A stretch of DNA of 64,000 bases from Polyangiales bacterium (GCA_038231275.1 JBBRLQ010000027.1:32001-96000); one strand, 5' to 3'; positions 8,701 to 20,106 are shown, numbered from the stretch's first letter. The notes: generated by a model from the sequence alone, not told the origin. A program made the numbers and translations.

Positions 8701-11019
8701 ATGACCACACCGAGCGCCGACGACGCGGGGCAACGCCTCGGCCGGTACACGCTCTTCGGCGAAATCGCCGCGGGCGGGATGGCCACGGTGTGCTTTGGGC
8801 GCTTGGCCGGCGAGGCGGGGTTCGCGAAGACGGTCGCGATCAAGCGGCTGCATCCCCAATTCGCGCGCGACGACGAGTTCCGCGAGATGTTCGTCGAGGA
8901 GGCGCGCCTGGCTGCCCGGATCCGGCACCCCAACGTCGCGCCGACGCTCGACGTCGTGGCCGAGGGCGGCGAGCTGTTCCTCGTCATGGAGTACGTGCAC
9001 GGTGAGTCGCTCTCGCGCTTGCTGCGCACGATGCGGGCGGCGCGCGAGCCCGTGCCGATCAAGATCGCGGCGGCCGTGCTCTCGGGGGTGCTTCACGGTC
9101 TCCACGCGGCCCACGAGGCGAAGAGCGAGCAGGGCGAGCCGCTCAACCTCGTACATCGCGACGTGTCGCCGCAGAACGTGCTCGTCGGCGTCGACGGTGT
9201 GGCGCGCGTCATCGACTTCGGCATCGCGAAGGCAAAGAGCTCGGCGCAGACGACGCGCGAAGGCGAGGTGCGAGGCAAGCTCCCGTACATGGCGCCGGAG
9301 CAGCTCGGCGTCACGCCAGCGTCGCGGAGGACCGATATTTACGCTGCAGCGGTCATCCTGTGGGAGATGCTGGCAGGGCGCAGGCTGTTCGAGGCCGAGG
9401 ACGAGCGCGTCGTGTACGCGCAGATCGTCGCGGGGGCGCACGAGGCTCCGAGCACATTCGCCGATGGCATCGCGCCGGAGCTCGACGCCGCGGTGATGCG
9501 CGGCCTCGCGAAAGATCCCGGTGACCGCTTCGCGAGCGCTCGAGAGATGGCGCTCGCGATCGAGGAGGCGACGCCGCTCGCGACGCACTCGCAGGTAGGC
9601 GCGTGGGTGGACCGCGTCGCGAGGGAGGCGCTGGCCTCGCGCGGACAGCGCCTCGCGCGTGTGGAGAGCGCGATGTCGACGTCCGACGTCGCCGCGGTCG
9701 GGCGCCCGGCGCAAGAGCCTCCGCCTGCGAGGAGCGCGAGGCCGCCGCCGAGCGTCCGGCCGCCGCCGAGCGCGAGGCCGCCGCCCGCCTCGGGTGGGCC
9801 GATCACGGGATTGCCGCCGCCGGACATCGATCCGATGGGACCGCCGCGGGCCGGGCTCGCCGCGCGTCCGCTTGCGCTCGAGGCGCCGGCCGAGAAGCGG
9901 TCGCGCGGAACGGGGGCGATCGTGGCGCTCGGCCTCCTCCTCGCGGCGTCCGTCGGCGGCTACGTCGGCGTGCCCGCGCTGGTGGAGCGGACGCTCGTGG
10001 CGCGCGCGAGGGAGCACGGGATGACGCTGGTGATCTCGGACGTCTCCACGTCGCTTCACAGCGTTCGCCTTCGCGGCGTGGAGCTCACGGCGCCGTCGGT
10101 CCCGGGCGCACGCGTGTCGGCGCGCAACGTGGATCTGGCCCTCGACGGGCTTTCGGTCGCGCGCATCACGGCGGACGAGACGGACTTCGCGCTCGACGGC
10201 GCCATCGGACCGACCCTCGCAGCCCTCGACGCGTTTCGGCGCGCGAACCTCTCGACACCGACGCCGGCTCTAAAGAGCCTCGTCGGCGAGAACGTTCGCC
10301 TGAGGTGGGAGCGCGCGCTCGGAGATCCGACGAGCATCATCGTGGAGAACGCGCACCTCGAGGTGACGCGCGACGCCGCGCGCGAGCTCGGAGAGGATTT
10401 CACGCTCTCCCTGGGTCTCGTCAAGGCGGAGACTCCGGTCGGCGCGTTCGGGCCGTACGGAGGGACCGTGACGCGCGACGGGACCGCGCTGCATGGCATG
10501 CTGCGACTGGATCCCACCGGCGCCGCCAACCTCGACGCCTCACGCGCGGCGGATGGAACCGTGACAGCGCGCATCGATGCCTCCCCGCTGACGCTCGCCG
10601 ATCTTGGCTTTCCTGCGGCGTTTGGGAGCGCGCAGGTCCTCGGCACCGCGCGATGGACGTCGGCGGGCGCGGCGAAGGTGGACGCGAAGATCGACCTCAC
10701 GCTCCGCGGCGTCACGGTGGCGGGCGCGCCAGGTGACATGCGCGTCGAGGCCGAGGCCACCGGTGACGCGCGGCGCGTTCTGCCGCTCACTGGCGCGGCG
10801 CTCACGTTCGAGGGCGTCCGCGCGCCGGTGTCGGGGACGTTCGACGCGACCGCGGGGCTGCGGGTAGAAGCGCGCGCCGTCGGGCCGAGGCGTACGTGCC
10901 CAGGCGATGCGCCTGCGCAGCTCGTCGCGGAGCTCGTGCTCGATTCGCGCCGTCTCGAAGAGGCGCGTGGCAAGATGACGAGCCCCGGACGGTGCGGGGC
11001 CAAGCGAGGTACTCCATGA
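8701..11019 (+). CDS. Membrane-anchored Ser/Thr protein kinase with a beta-rich extracytoplasmic domain
   Basis: GGMATV, VAIK, HRDVSPQN, DFG, YMAPE; Pro-rich linker, one TM helix, ~340 aa beta-rich C-terminus. Confidence 0.92.
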   Translation: MTTPSADDAGQRLGRYTLFGEIAAGGMATVCFGRLAGEAGFAKTVAIKRLHPQFARDDEFREMFVEEARLAARIRHPNVAPTLDVVAEGGELFLVMEYVHGESLSRLLRTMRAAREPVPIKIAAAVLSGVLHGLHAAHEAKSEQGEPLNLVHRDVSPQNVLVGVDGVARVIDFGIAKAKSSAQTTREGEVRGKLPYMAPEQLGVTPASRRTDIYAAAVILWEMLAGRRLFEAEDERVVYAQIVAGAHEAPSTFADGIAPELDAAVMRGLAKDPGDRFASAREMALAIEEATPLATHSQVGAWVDRVAREALASRGQRLARVESAMSTSDVAAVGRPAQEPPPARSARPPPSVRPPPSARPPPASGGPITGLPPPDIDPMGPPRAGLAARPLALEAPAEKRSRGTGAIVALGLLLAASVGGYVGVPALVERTLVARAREHGMTLVISDVSTSLHSVRLRGVELTAPSVPGARVSARNVDLALDGLSVARITADETDFALDGAIGPTLAALDAFRRANLSTPTPALKSLVGENVRLRWERALGDPTSIIVENAHLEVTRDAARELGEDFTLSLGLVKAETPVGAFGPYGGTVTRDGTALHGMLRLDPTGAANLDASRAADGTVTARIDASPLTLADLGFPAAFGSAQVLGTARWTSAGAAKVDAKIDLTLRGVTVAGAPGDMRVEAEATGDARRVLPLTGAALTFEGVRAPVSGTFDATAGLRVEARAVGPRRTCPGDAPAQLVAELVLDSRRLEEARGKMTSPGRCGAKRGTP

Positions 11020-12176
11020 CCCGACTCTCCGAGACCGCGCGCGCGATGCGCCCCGGCGTCTTCGCCGAGCTAGAGCGCCACATCGCCGCACGAGCGCCCG
11101 GCGCGCGAGAGCTCGTCCCGCTCCACATCGGCGACACGTACCTCGACCCTCCGGACGCCGCGCGTCTCGCCCACGTCGCCGAGCACCCGAGCCTCTACCG
11201 CTACGGCGCGACCGCCGGCACCGCGGAGCTTCGCGACGCGATCGCGGCGCGCTTCGGCGTCGATGGAGATCGCGACGTGCTGCTCGGCGCCGGTGGCACG
11301 CACGCGCTCTATTGCGCCGTGCGGTGCGTGCTCGATCCGGGCGACGACGTGCTGGTCTGCGCTCCGTACTGGCCCCTCGCTCCCGGCATCTTCCACCAGG
11401 CTGGCGCCCGCTCCGTCGAGGTCCCGTTCACGTCGCGCCTGTACGCCGATCCGTCGCTCGACGCCGCCGATCTGCTCGAGGCCGCGCGGACCACGAAGAC
11501 GCGCGCCGTCTACCTCATCACGCCGAACAACCCCGACGGCAAGGTCCTGTCCGCCGCGCACCTGTCGCAGATCGTCGATTTTGCGGCGAAGAACGACCTC
11601 TGGATCTTCGCCGACGAGGTGTACGCGGACGTCGCGTTCGACGCGCCGCACGTCGCGGTCGCGAGCCTGCCCGGCGCCGCAGAGCGCACCGTGACGCTGC
11701 ACTCGTTCTCGAAGAGCCGCGCCCTCGCCGGCGCGCGCATCGGTTTCGTGATCGCGCCGAAGGCCCTCATTGTCCCGGCGATGCGCATGGGCGTGCACAC
11801 GGTGTTCAACGTCCCGGTCGCGATGCAGCACGCCGCGCGGGCCGCGCTCGCGGACACCGCGTGGCCCACGCGCGCCAAGGCCACGTACCTGGCCGCCCGC
11901 GACGCCGCCGCCCGCGCGCTCGCCGGCGCGCCGGTGCGATTCCCGCTGGCGGAGGGCGGCACCTATCTGTTCCTCGATTTCACCGAGCTGCTCGCGGGCC
12001 GACCCTTGACCGCGCTCCTCACCCGCGCGATCGACGAGGGCGTCATGCTCGCGCCGGGCGCCGCGTTCGGTGAGGCGTACGCGTCATGGGCGCGCCTCTG
12101 CTACACGAGCGTCCCGGAGGCGCGTGTCCTCGAAGGGATCGCGCGCCTGTGCGTCGCGATGAACGCGCTTCGTTGA
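11016..12176 (+). CDS. PLP-dependent aminotransferase class I/II
   Basis: TPNNPDG, DEVY, SFSKSRALAGARIG; ATGA overlap with the kinase stop. Confidence 0.92.
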   Translation: MTRLSETARAMRPGVFAELERHIAARAPGARELVPLHIGDTYLDPPDAARLAHVAEHPSLYRYGATAGTAELRDAIAARFGVDGDRDVLLGAGGTHALYCAVRCVLDPGDDVLVCAPYWPLAPGIFHQAGARSVEVPFTSRLYADPSLDAADLLEAARTTKTRAVYLITPNNPDGKVLSAAHLSQIVDFAAKNDLWIFADEVYADVAFDAPHVAVASLPGAAERTVTLHSFSKSRALAGARIGFVIAPKALIVPAMRMGVHTVFNVPVAMQHAARAALADTAWPTRAKATYLAARDAAARALAGAPVRFPLAEGGTYLFLDFTELLAGRPLTALLTRAIDEGVMLAPGAAFGEAYASWARLCYTSVPEARVLEGIARLCVAMNALR

Positions 12177-12186
12177 GCTCCGCGGC

Positions 12187-13983
12187 TCACGCCAGATACA
12201 GCGCGTCGAGCTCGGCGCGGTAGCGTTCGCTCACGACCTTGCGCTTCACCTTGAGCGTCGGCGTGAGCTCGCCAGTGTCGATCGCGAAATCGCGCGGCAA
12301 AATTTGGAATTTCTTGATCGACTCGAAGCTCGAGAGGCGCCGGTTCGCAGCGTCGATCTCGAGCTGCACGCGCGCGCGCACCTCGGAGTCCTCCGCGAGC
12401 TTCGCGACGTCGTTGGGCCGACCGCTCTCCGCTGCGAAGCGCGTCATCGCCTCCACGTTGAGCGTGACGAGCGCGACGAGGTACGGTCGCTTGTCGCCGT
12501 GCACCATCGCCTGGCTCACCCACGGCGACTGCTTGAGGAGGTTCTCGATGTTCTGCGGCGCCACGTTCTTGCCGCCGGCGGTGACGATGATGTCCTTCTT
12601 GCGATCGGTGATGCGGAGGAACCCGTCGCCGTCGAACGCGCCGATGTCGCCGGAGTGGAACCAGCCCGACTCCTCGAGGACCTCGCGCGTGTCGGACTCC
12701 TTGTTCCAGTACCCCTTCATGATGTTGGGGCCGCGCATCAAGATCTCGCCGTCGGACGCGATCTTCACCTCCACGTCGGCGAGGACTGGACCGACCGAGC
12801 CGAAGCGAAAGCGGTCCGGCGCGTTGAGGTTGGTCGCGCCCGTCGTCTCGGTGAGGCCGTACGCTTCCAGCACCTTCACGCCGGCGCCGTGGAACCACTC
12901 GGCGAGCTCCTTCGCGAGGGGAGCGCCGCCGCTGATCGCGAAGCGCAGGCGCGTGCCGAAGCGAGCGCGGATCTTCTGGAGGACCAACTTGTCGGCGTAG
13001 CGGTACTTCACGGCGAGCAGGCCGCGCGGCTCTTCTCCACGCTCGCGCAGGCGCGCGACGCTGCGTCCGACGTCGACGGCCCAGTCGAAGACCTTGGCCT
13101 TGATGCTCCCCTGGGCGTGCGCCTTCTCGCCCGCCACGGTGTAGATCTTCTCGTAGAGGCGCGGCACGCAGCCGATGACCGTGGGGTTGGTCTCCACGGC
13201 GTTGTCGAGCGCCTTCACGAGCGATTCGGCGAACGTCGTCGTGAAGCCGGCGCGAATCGCGCCCATGACGAACACCTTCGCGAAGATGTGCGCCATCGGC
13301 AAAAAGAGGAGGTTTTCGTCTTCGGGCGTGAAATTCGCGAGGGCGGCGATCACCTTCGTCTCGAAGCAGATGTTCGCGTGCGTGAGCATCACGCCCTTGG
13401 GCGGCCCGGTCGTGCCCGAGGTGTAGATGATCGTCGCCAGATCGGCGGTCGCCACCGCGGCGGCGCGCTCGCTCACGGCGCGCTTCTCGTCGCGGCTCCG
13501 CGCGTTGCCGGCGGCCAGCATCTCACGGAACGTGGTCACCCGCGTCGCGAGGCCTCCAGGGGGTGCCCCCTTCGTCGCGTCGATGAGCACGATCGTGCCG
13601 AGCTTCGAGAGCGACGCGAGGGAGTCGCTCAGCTTCTCGAGCGCCGCCGCGTCCTCGACGAAGAGGACCTTCGCGCCGGAGTCGGCCAAGATGTACGCCG
13701 CCTGCTCGCCGATCAGCGTCGCGTAGATCGGCACCGTGACCCCGCCCGCGAGGAGCGTCCCGACGTCGGCGATGACCCACTCCTCCCGCGTCGTCGCGAA
13801 GATGGCGACGCGATCACCAGGCTCGACTCCTGCGGCGACGAGCTCCGCCGCGATCGCCCGCGCGCGCGACTCCCAGTCGCCCCACGTCGACCCCTCCCAA
13901 ACGCCCGCGCGCTTGGTCTTGAGCGCGACCCTCTCTTTTGCCTCGGCCGCCTGCGTCAGGAACAGCGAGACGACCGTCTCCAT
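12187..13983 (-). CDS. Long-chain fatty acid-CoA ligase (AMP-dependent synthetase)
   Basis: IIYTSGTTGPPKG, YGLTE, GWFHSGDIG, RKKDIIVTAGGKNVAP, ELTPTLKVKR. Confidence 0.93.
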   Translation of the reverse strand: METVVSLFLTQAAEAKERVALKTKRAGVWEGSTWGDWESRARAIAAELVAAGVEPGDRVAIFATTREEWVIADVGTLLAGGVTVPIYATLIGEQAAYILADSGAKVLFVEDAAALEKLSDSLASLSKLGTIVLIDATKGAPPGGLATRVTTFREMLAAGNARSRDEKRAVSERAAAVATADLATIIYTSGTTGPPKGVMLTHANICFETKVIAALANFTPEDENLLFLPMAHIFAKVFVMGAIRAGFTTTFAESLVKALDNAVETNPTVIGCVPRLYEKIYTVAGEKAHAQGSIKAKVFDWAVDVGRSVARLRERGEEPRGLLAVKYRYADKLVLQKIRARFGTRLRFAISGGAPLAKELAEWFHGAGVKVLEAYGLTETTGATNLNAPDRFRFGSVGPVLADVEVKIASDGEILMRGPNIMKGYWNKESDTREVLEESGWFHSGDIGAFDGDGFLRITDRKKDIIVTAGGKNVAPQNIENLLKQSPWVSQAMVHGDKRPYLVALVTLNVEAMTRFAAESGRPNDVAKLAEDSEVRARVQLEIDAANRRLSSFESIKKFQILPRDFAIDTGELTPTLKVKRKVVSERYRAELDALYLA

Positions 13984-13984
13984 C

Positions 13985-15679
13985 TCAGAACCCGAATTGC
14001 ATTCCGGCCTCGAGGCCGAACGACGGCGTTAGGCCGGCGTTCCCGAACGCGAAGTTCACGCGCGGTCCCACGAGAAACGCGGCGCGCGGCGAGAACGCGT
14101 AACGAATGCCGCCGCCGACCGCGGCGAATACCGGCCCGCCGACCGACCACGCGTCGACCTGTTTGGTGCCAGTCACGCCGGTCTCGCGGACGCTGACGGC
14201 GACCTTCCCACTGAACTCGCCGTAGCCGGCCGCGACCATGACATACGGCGCGAGCCCCGCTTTGCCGAGCGGATTTTTGCCGATCAAATACGTCCCTCGC
14301 ACTTCGATGTGCACGGGCCCTATTTGCGACGCTTTGCCGTCGTTCGCCGCGGCGGCGCCAGGATACCGGAGGAGGATGATGCCCGCGCGCACGCCCGCGA
14401 GGATGTTCGCCGTGATGGCGACATCGAGCGAGAGGAGCATGCGCACGTTGCCGATCGTGCCGCCGCCGGCGACCTTGTCGGTCTTGCCGTCCTTGACGAT
14501 GTTGATGTTCTGCTGGCCCGATCGATCGTTGCGGTCAGGGTAGTCGGAGCCCCCGGAGTCGACGCAGTAGTACCCGGCGGTGTTGAGCGGCGCGGCTGCG
14601 GCGTCCTGCGAGAGCTTGCACACGTCCTCCGCCGAGCCGACGAGCGTGAACTCCGCGCCGACCGAGAAGCCGACCCAGATGCGCTTGAAGGCGGACTTTT
14701 CCTCGGGCTTCGTGCACTTGTTGTTCTTGCACTTGCCGCTCGCGCAGACGCTGTCCTCCTCGCACTCCTCGTCCTGGGCCTTGCCCTTGGGCGTCTCGTC
14801 GGTGACCGGCGGCTTGCCGCTGTGGCATCCGGGGAAGTCGGGCGGGCAGTCGCCGGTGTCGGCGCATTGCGCGGGCGCGGGCTGATCGGGCAGGTGCGGC
14901 GGATCGCCTTCGATCTTGTCGCGCTTGACGGGGACTTTGTACGGGTGGTTGCGATCGCCGGCCGTGGCGACTGGATCGTTCTGCTCGTTGAAGCCCTGGA
15001 GGTAGTACTGCAAGTCCCCCTGGATGACGTCGAGGCACGGGATCTGGCCGCCCCAGCCCTTGCCCGTCTTCTTGAGCTCGGCGCTCTTCCACTCCGTCAT
15101 GCCGAAGCCCTTGTAGCGGGCGACGACCTTTACGATCGCCTCGGACCCGCCGTACTCGGCGTAGACCGGCACCGGCGTGCGAACGAGCTGCATCGCGACG
15201 GGCGTGTGCGTGAAGTCACCGGCCGGCGCGGGGCCAGGTCCGGGAGGCGCGCCCCCGCCCTTCTTCGCCTTCTCCCACGCGTCCTCGACGTCCTTCGTCT
15301 TCAGGTCCGGATCGAGCTGCACGGTGGGGTCGATGGCCATCGCCTCCGCGAAGTTTTTGACGGCCTCGTCCTTGTTGATGTTGCCGCCGATTTGGACGAC
15401 GCCGAGATCGCGTTTCAGCTGGGCGCGGATCGGGGGAGAACACTTGTCCGTCCCGCAGAGCTGCATGGCCTTGTTCAGCTTGTCGGACGCCTTCCCGAAC
15501 TCGGTCGTGAGGTAGTCCTCGTCCATCGCTTTCTTCTGGAGCTGCTTGGCCTGCGCTTCGACCGCCTTGTTCTGCGCACGCGCGGTGCGTGGCACGGCGA
15601 GCGCGAGGACCGCGAAGGCGAGCGCGACAAGGAGGGCAAAGCGAGGGGGAAGTCGCGAGAGGACGGGGAGGCGTTCCAC
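13985..15679 (-). CDS. Secreted myxobacterial protein: TPR-like helices, Cys/Pro-rich linker, C-terminal beta-barrel-like region
   Basis: Signal peptide, helical N-terminus, DCPPDFPGC and CEEDSVCASGKC Cys motifs, ends GMQFGF; start uncertain. Confidence 0.7.
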   Translation of the reverse strand: MERLPVLSRLPPRFALLVALAFAVLALAVPRTARAQNKAVEAQAKQLQKKAMDEDYLTTEFGKASDKLNKAMQLCGTDKCSPPIRAQLKRDLGVVQIGGNINKDEAVKNFAEAMAIDPTVQLDPDLKTKDVEDAWEKAKKGGGAPPGPGPAPAGDFTHTPVAMQLVRTPVPVYAEYGGSEAIVKVVARYKGFGMTEWKSAELKKTGKGWGGQIPCLDVIQGDLQYYLQGFNEQNDPVATAGDRNHPYKVPVKRDKIEGDPPHLPDQPAPAQCADTGDCPPDFPGCHSGKPPVTDETPKGKAQDEECEEDSVCASGKCKNNKCTKPEEKSAFKRIWVGFSVGAEFTLVGSAEDVCKLSQDAAAAPLNTAGYYCVDSGGSDYPDRNDRSGQQNINIVKDGKTDKVAGGGTIGNVRMLLSLDVAITANILAGVRAGIILLRYPGAAAANDGKASQIGPVHIEVRGTYLIGKNPLGKAGLAPYVMVAAGYGEFSGKVAVSVRETGVTGTKQVDAWSVGGPVFAAVGGGIRYAFSPRAAFLVGPRVNFAFGNAGLTPSFGLEAGMQFGF

Positions 15680-15842
15680 GGGGAGCCAAATACAACGAAA
15701 TTGCCCCGGCTTGGGGACAAAGAATCAAACCCGCTCTCGACCCTCTAACGCCCCCGTGAAATCCTCGTGCGAAGCACGATTCGCCGCAGGCGATTAGGGG
15801 AGGCTCGAAGCGGTATCTTCGAGGGGGCGGAGCCTCACCTGC

Positions 15843-16969
<1,127 letters not shown>

Positions 16970-16973
<4 letters not shown>

Positions 16974-17281
16974 GGGTTCTCCCCTTTGCGCTTCTGCGAC
17001 TGCGACAGCTCGATGGCTTTGTTCGCGTACTCCTCGGCCGTCTCCGCGTAGGCGGCGGCGTCGCTGTAGCTCGCCTCGCTCGCCTCGACCTGGGCCTGCC
17101 GCAGGTGCTCCTTGGCGAAGTAGTACTCGTACGGCGCGAACTGCTCGGCGCCGACCGCCTTCGCGTGCTCGAGCCGGCTCGACGCCGCGTTCACCGTCGC
17201 CGCGTAGTACACGCCGCCGCACGCTTGAACCGAGAAGGCCGCAAGCATCAACGCAGCGCCGACGAGGAAGCGAATGCTCAT
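16970..17281 (-). CDS. Small helical lipoprotein (DUF4398-like)
   Basis: Lipobox VQAC; AEQFAPYEYYFAKEHLRQA pattern; directly upstream of the OmpA gene. Confidence 0.8.
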
Positions 17282-17330
17282 CTGAACTCGACGCTAACTC
17301 AGCAGGTCCGCCAGCGGCAAGACCGTCCTA

Positions 17331-18017
17331 TCAGATCCGGCGGAAGACGCCGACGACCACGCCGAGGAGCATCGTCGGCTTGAAGTCCATCGCGCGGACG
17401 AGGATGGGGGCCATCGTCTTGTTCGCGGGCTGGAAGCGGACGTAGTCCTTCTCCGGGTAGTAGTACTTCACGGTCGCCTCGTCCCCGATGAGGGCCACGA
17501 CGATGTCGCCGCGCTGCGCCGTGAGCTGCTTTCGCACGAAGATGTAGTCGCCGGTCAGGATCCCGGCGTCGATCATCGAGTCGCCGTGGACCTTGAGGCC
17601 GAAGACCTCTCGCCCGCCCTTCAGGAGACCGCGGTCGATGCGGACCGTGTCGATGACCTGCTCCTCGGCGAAGAGCGGAAGGCCCGCCGCGACGCGCCCA
17701 AGGATCTGGACGTCGATCATGTCGTCGTCGTTCGCGGGAAGGGCGAGCGGAACTTGGTCGCCTGCGCCCGTCTTTGCGGCAGCGCCGTTCATGCCGTTGG
17801 GCGGCGACGTCGTCGGGCGGAGGGCGCGGGACTTCATGTCCTCCCGCGTCAGGTAGCCTTTACGCTCGAGCGCGCGGAGGTGATCGTTCACCCCGTTCGT
17901 CGAGCGGATGCCCATTCGGGCCCCGATCTCGCGGAGCGTCGGGGGATACCCGCGGTCCGTGATCGACTGCCGGATGAAATCCAGGACCATCTGCTGACGT
18001 TGGGTGAGACCCTGCAT
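17331..18017 (-). CDS. lexA: SOS transcriptional repressor LexA
   Basis: LTQRQ..GYPPTLREI HTH, VAAG cleavage site, GDSM catalytic Ser, EATVK catalytic Lys; ATG at 18017. Confidence 0.97.
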   Translation of the reverse strand: MQGLTQRQQMVLDFIRQSITDRGYPPTLREIGARMGIRSTNGVNDHLRALERKGYLTREDMKSRALRPTTSPPNGMNGAAAKTGAGDQVPLALPANDDDMIDVQILGRVAAGLPLFAEEQVIDTVRIDRGLLKGGREVFGLKVHGDSMIDAGILTGDYIFVRKQLTAQRGDIVVALIGDEATVKYYYPEKDYVRFQPANKTMAPILVRAMDFKPTMLLGVVVGVFRRI

Positions 18018-18019
18018 GG

Positions 18020-18039
18020 CTGAACAAGGATACTGAACA
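18020..18039 (-). promoter_or_regulatory. Candidate LexA operator half-sites (two TGTTCAG, 13 bp apart)
   Basis: Minus strand reads tgttcag-tatcct-tgttcag-cc-ATG; GTTCAG matches the conserved half of the Myxococcus SOS box. Confidence 0.5.
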
Positions 18040-18217
18040 CCCGTCACCGCGTCAAGTATTCCGGCGCAAATATGCGTACCTGTGCGCCACAGCTCGCGTA
18101 GCTCTCCACATCTTCTCCAGTTTTTGCCCTGTTTTTCCCCAACTTACACGTGCGCGCGTCTCTCACCTGAGGTGCGAGAGCGATCGCGCGGCGGGGAGTG
18201 CTCGACGGCCGACGTCG

Positions 18218-18706
18218 TCAGAATTTCCCGCTCGTCGACAGGAAGGTCAGCTTGTCGTTCGTCTCGCGGAGGCGGCCGGCCAGGGTACGGACGCAGCTCC
18301 AGAGGACCTCGTAGGCGAGGTCTTTGTGCAAAAAGAGGAGATCGTCGAACGAGTCCTTCGCGATCACCAGCAAGCGGCAGCGCTCGTGGGCGCGCGCATC
18401 GGCCGAGCGCGTCGCCTCGTCGAGGAGCGCCATCTCCCCGAACACCTCGCCCTGCGCCAGCACGGCGAGGGCCTCTTCGCCCATCCCCGCCACCTCTCTC
18501 GAGATGCGGACCTTGCCCTCGAGGATGATGAAGAGCTTGTCGCCGAGATCGCCGTACTGGAAAATCCGGGTACCCAGCGCGTGCGTCTCTTCGGTGGTGA
18601 CCTGAGCGATCAGCGCCATCGCCTCGCGGGTGAGCCCCTCGAAGAACGACACCTTGGCGAGCTGTTCCTCGCGTTCGGAGAGCTGGCTTTGCGGGGCGGC
18701 GGTCAA
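18218..18706 (-). CDS. Stand-alone cyclic nucleotide-binding domain protein
   Basis: IFQYGDLGDKLFIILEGKV, FGEMALL..RSA phosphate-binding cassette; no HTH. Confidence 0.9.
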   Translation of the reverse strand: MTAAPQSQLSEREEQLAKVSFFEGLTREAMALIAQVTTEETHALGTRIFQYGDLGDKLFIILEGKVRISREVAGMGEEALAVLAQGEVFGEMALLDEATRSADARAHERCRLLVIAKDSFDDLLFLHKDLAYEVLWSCVRTLAGRLRETNDKLTFLSTSGKF

Positions 18707-18771
18707 GTGATGGTCCAGGTTACCCTCGTCCTTTTCAAAGTGCGAGATTGCGCCGATGATGCGTCCCGAGC

Positions 18772-19491
18772 ATGGACCAACATCAACCGATCGTGGTGCT
18801 GGGCTTCGGAGAAGCCGCCGGCCATTGGGCGCAGGCGCTGAGCCACAACGGCCACCGCGCCGTCCTCGCGGACCCGTTCACATTCGTCCCCCCTTCGCCG
18901 GGCCACGGGCCGCGCCCCATCAAGTGCGTCGTCATCGACACCGCCCTCGACATCACGCCAAACCTCCTCCAAGCCGTCCGCGGCGCCGGCATCCCCGCGA
19001 TCCTCGCGACCAGCCCTCACATCCCGCAAAACCCCAACCGCGATCCCCTCACCCACTACGGCACGTGGATCGCGGACGCCTACGTCGGCTCCGCCGAAGA
19101 GCTCGTTCACGCCGTCCCCATCGTCCTCGACACGAACACGAGCCCGGACGGCGCCGCGCTCCACCTGACGTATCGCGGCTCGATCCCCCCGATGGAAGCC
19201 GCCTTCCCCATCGGCACCGCCTTTCCCCTCCGCGAAGGCGCCGCCTGCTTCATCGGCCGCAGTCGCGCCAGCACCGTCATGCTCGGCTCCCCCCACGTCG
19301 GCCGCATGCACGCCATGATCGCCGCCATCCCCGGCGGCGAAAAACGCGCAGCCATGATGGATCTCCAATCCCACAACGGCTCGTACGTCAAAGGCCAGCG
19401 CGTCGGCGGCGACGTCCTCTCCCCCGGCGACGAGCTCGCAATCGCCGGCTACCGCTTCGTCTTGGAGTGCTTGCCTTCTTATTCGGCGTGA
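18772..19491 (+). CDS. FHA domain protein with degenerate receiver-like N-terminus
   Basis: IGRS..RMHA..DLQSHNGSYVKG..LSPGDEL FHA pattern in the C-terminal half. Confidence 0.8.
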   Translation: MDQHQPIVVLGFGEAAGHWAQALSHNGHRAVLADPFTFVPPSPGHGPRPIKCVVIDTALDITPNLLQAVRGAGIPAILATSPHIPQNPNRDPLTHYGTWIADAYVGSAEELVHAVPIVLDTNTSPDGAALHLTYRGSIPPMEAAFPIGTAFPLREGAACFIGRSRASTVMLGSPHVGRMHAMIAAIPGGEKRAAMMDLQSHNGSYVKGQRVGGDVLSPGDELAIAGYRFVLECLPSYSA

Positions 19492-19503
19492 GCCGAATAA
19501 GAA
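19476..19503 (+). terminator. Perfect 12-bp hairpin overlapping the FHA gene stop codon
   Basis: ttcttattcggc-GTGA-gccgaataagaa followed by tttact. Confidence 0.5.
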
Positions 19504-19527
19504 TTTACTGGTTGTGTGGGCTCGCCG

Positions 19528-19597
19528 CCCCCCCATCGCTTCGCGCTGGGGGCCCCCCGGCATCGCCTACGGCGAAGGCGCGCTGCGCACGCCGGCG
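19528..19597. repeat. REP-like multi-hairpin intergenic element
   Basis: cccccatcgc-ttc-gcgctggggg, tcgcc-tac-ggcga and ggcgcgc-tgc-gcacgcc stems, the last two enclosed by ccggc/gccgg. Confidence 0.45.
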
Positions 19598-19652
19598 TCG
19601 GGAAACGCGGTGGAGATGGCCGTCGTGGTGCGGAAAGAGATAATGACGGGCA

Positions 19653-20078
19653 ATGGGAGCGCTCTCGCATCTCCACGATGGACGGATCATCGGGTACGAC
19701 GTTCGCGGCGAAGCCCGGCGCATTGTCATTTACGTGAGGCCGGAGGCCACCGATGCACGCCTCCAGCTCCTCACGTTCGAAGGTGTGATCGCCTATCGCT
19801 TCGACGACGTAGCCGACGTCAGCATCCTTCTCGACGTCGAAGAGATCGCGCCCGCCCGCTTCCTCGCGAAGGAGTGGCCACAAATTAGTGCGGGCTACCA
19901 CAGATCAGGAGCCCCCGGCGGCCCCGCGCCATGGGGAACCTCGCAGGAGAAAGTCCTCGCATACCTCATCGAGCACGCCACGAAGGCCTTCGTCCTCGAG
20001 CCAACCTGGGGCATGTCAGGCTGGGTCCTCGCACGGTCCGCCGTCGTCACCGAAGCCCCCGCAAACCGCGACCCCTAA
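19653..20078 (+). CDS. Hypothetical protein (141 aa)
   Basis: Natural-looking globular sequence (LHD..I..Y.V, F.GV.AY.F, WGMSGWVLA), unlike the Arg-rich shadow ORFs; no family recognised. Confidence 0.65.
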   Translation: MGALSHLHDGRIIGYDVRGEARRIVIYVRPEATDARLQLLTFEGVIAYRFDDVADVSILLDVEEIAPARFLAKEWPQISAGYHRSGAPGGPAPWGTSQEKVLAYLIEHATKAFVLEPTWGMSGWVLARSAVVTEAPANRDP

Positions 20079-20106
20079 AACCACACCCTGGCAACGAGCG
20101 TCCAAA

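Noticed and set aside
8128..10059. 640-aa N-terminal extension of the M2 peptidase ORF
   Set aside because: It is antisense to the beta-barrel and kinase genes; a signal peptide begins at 8127
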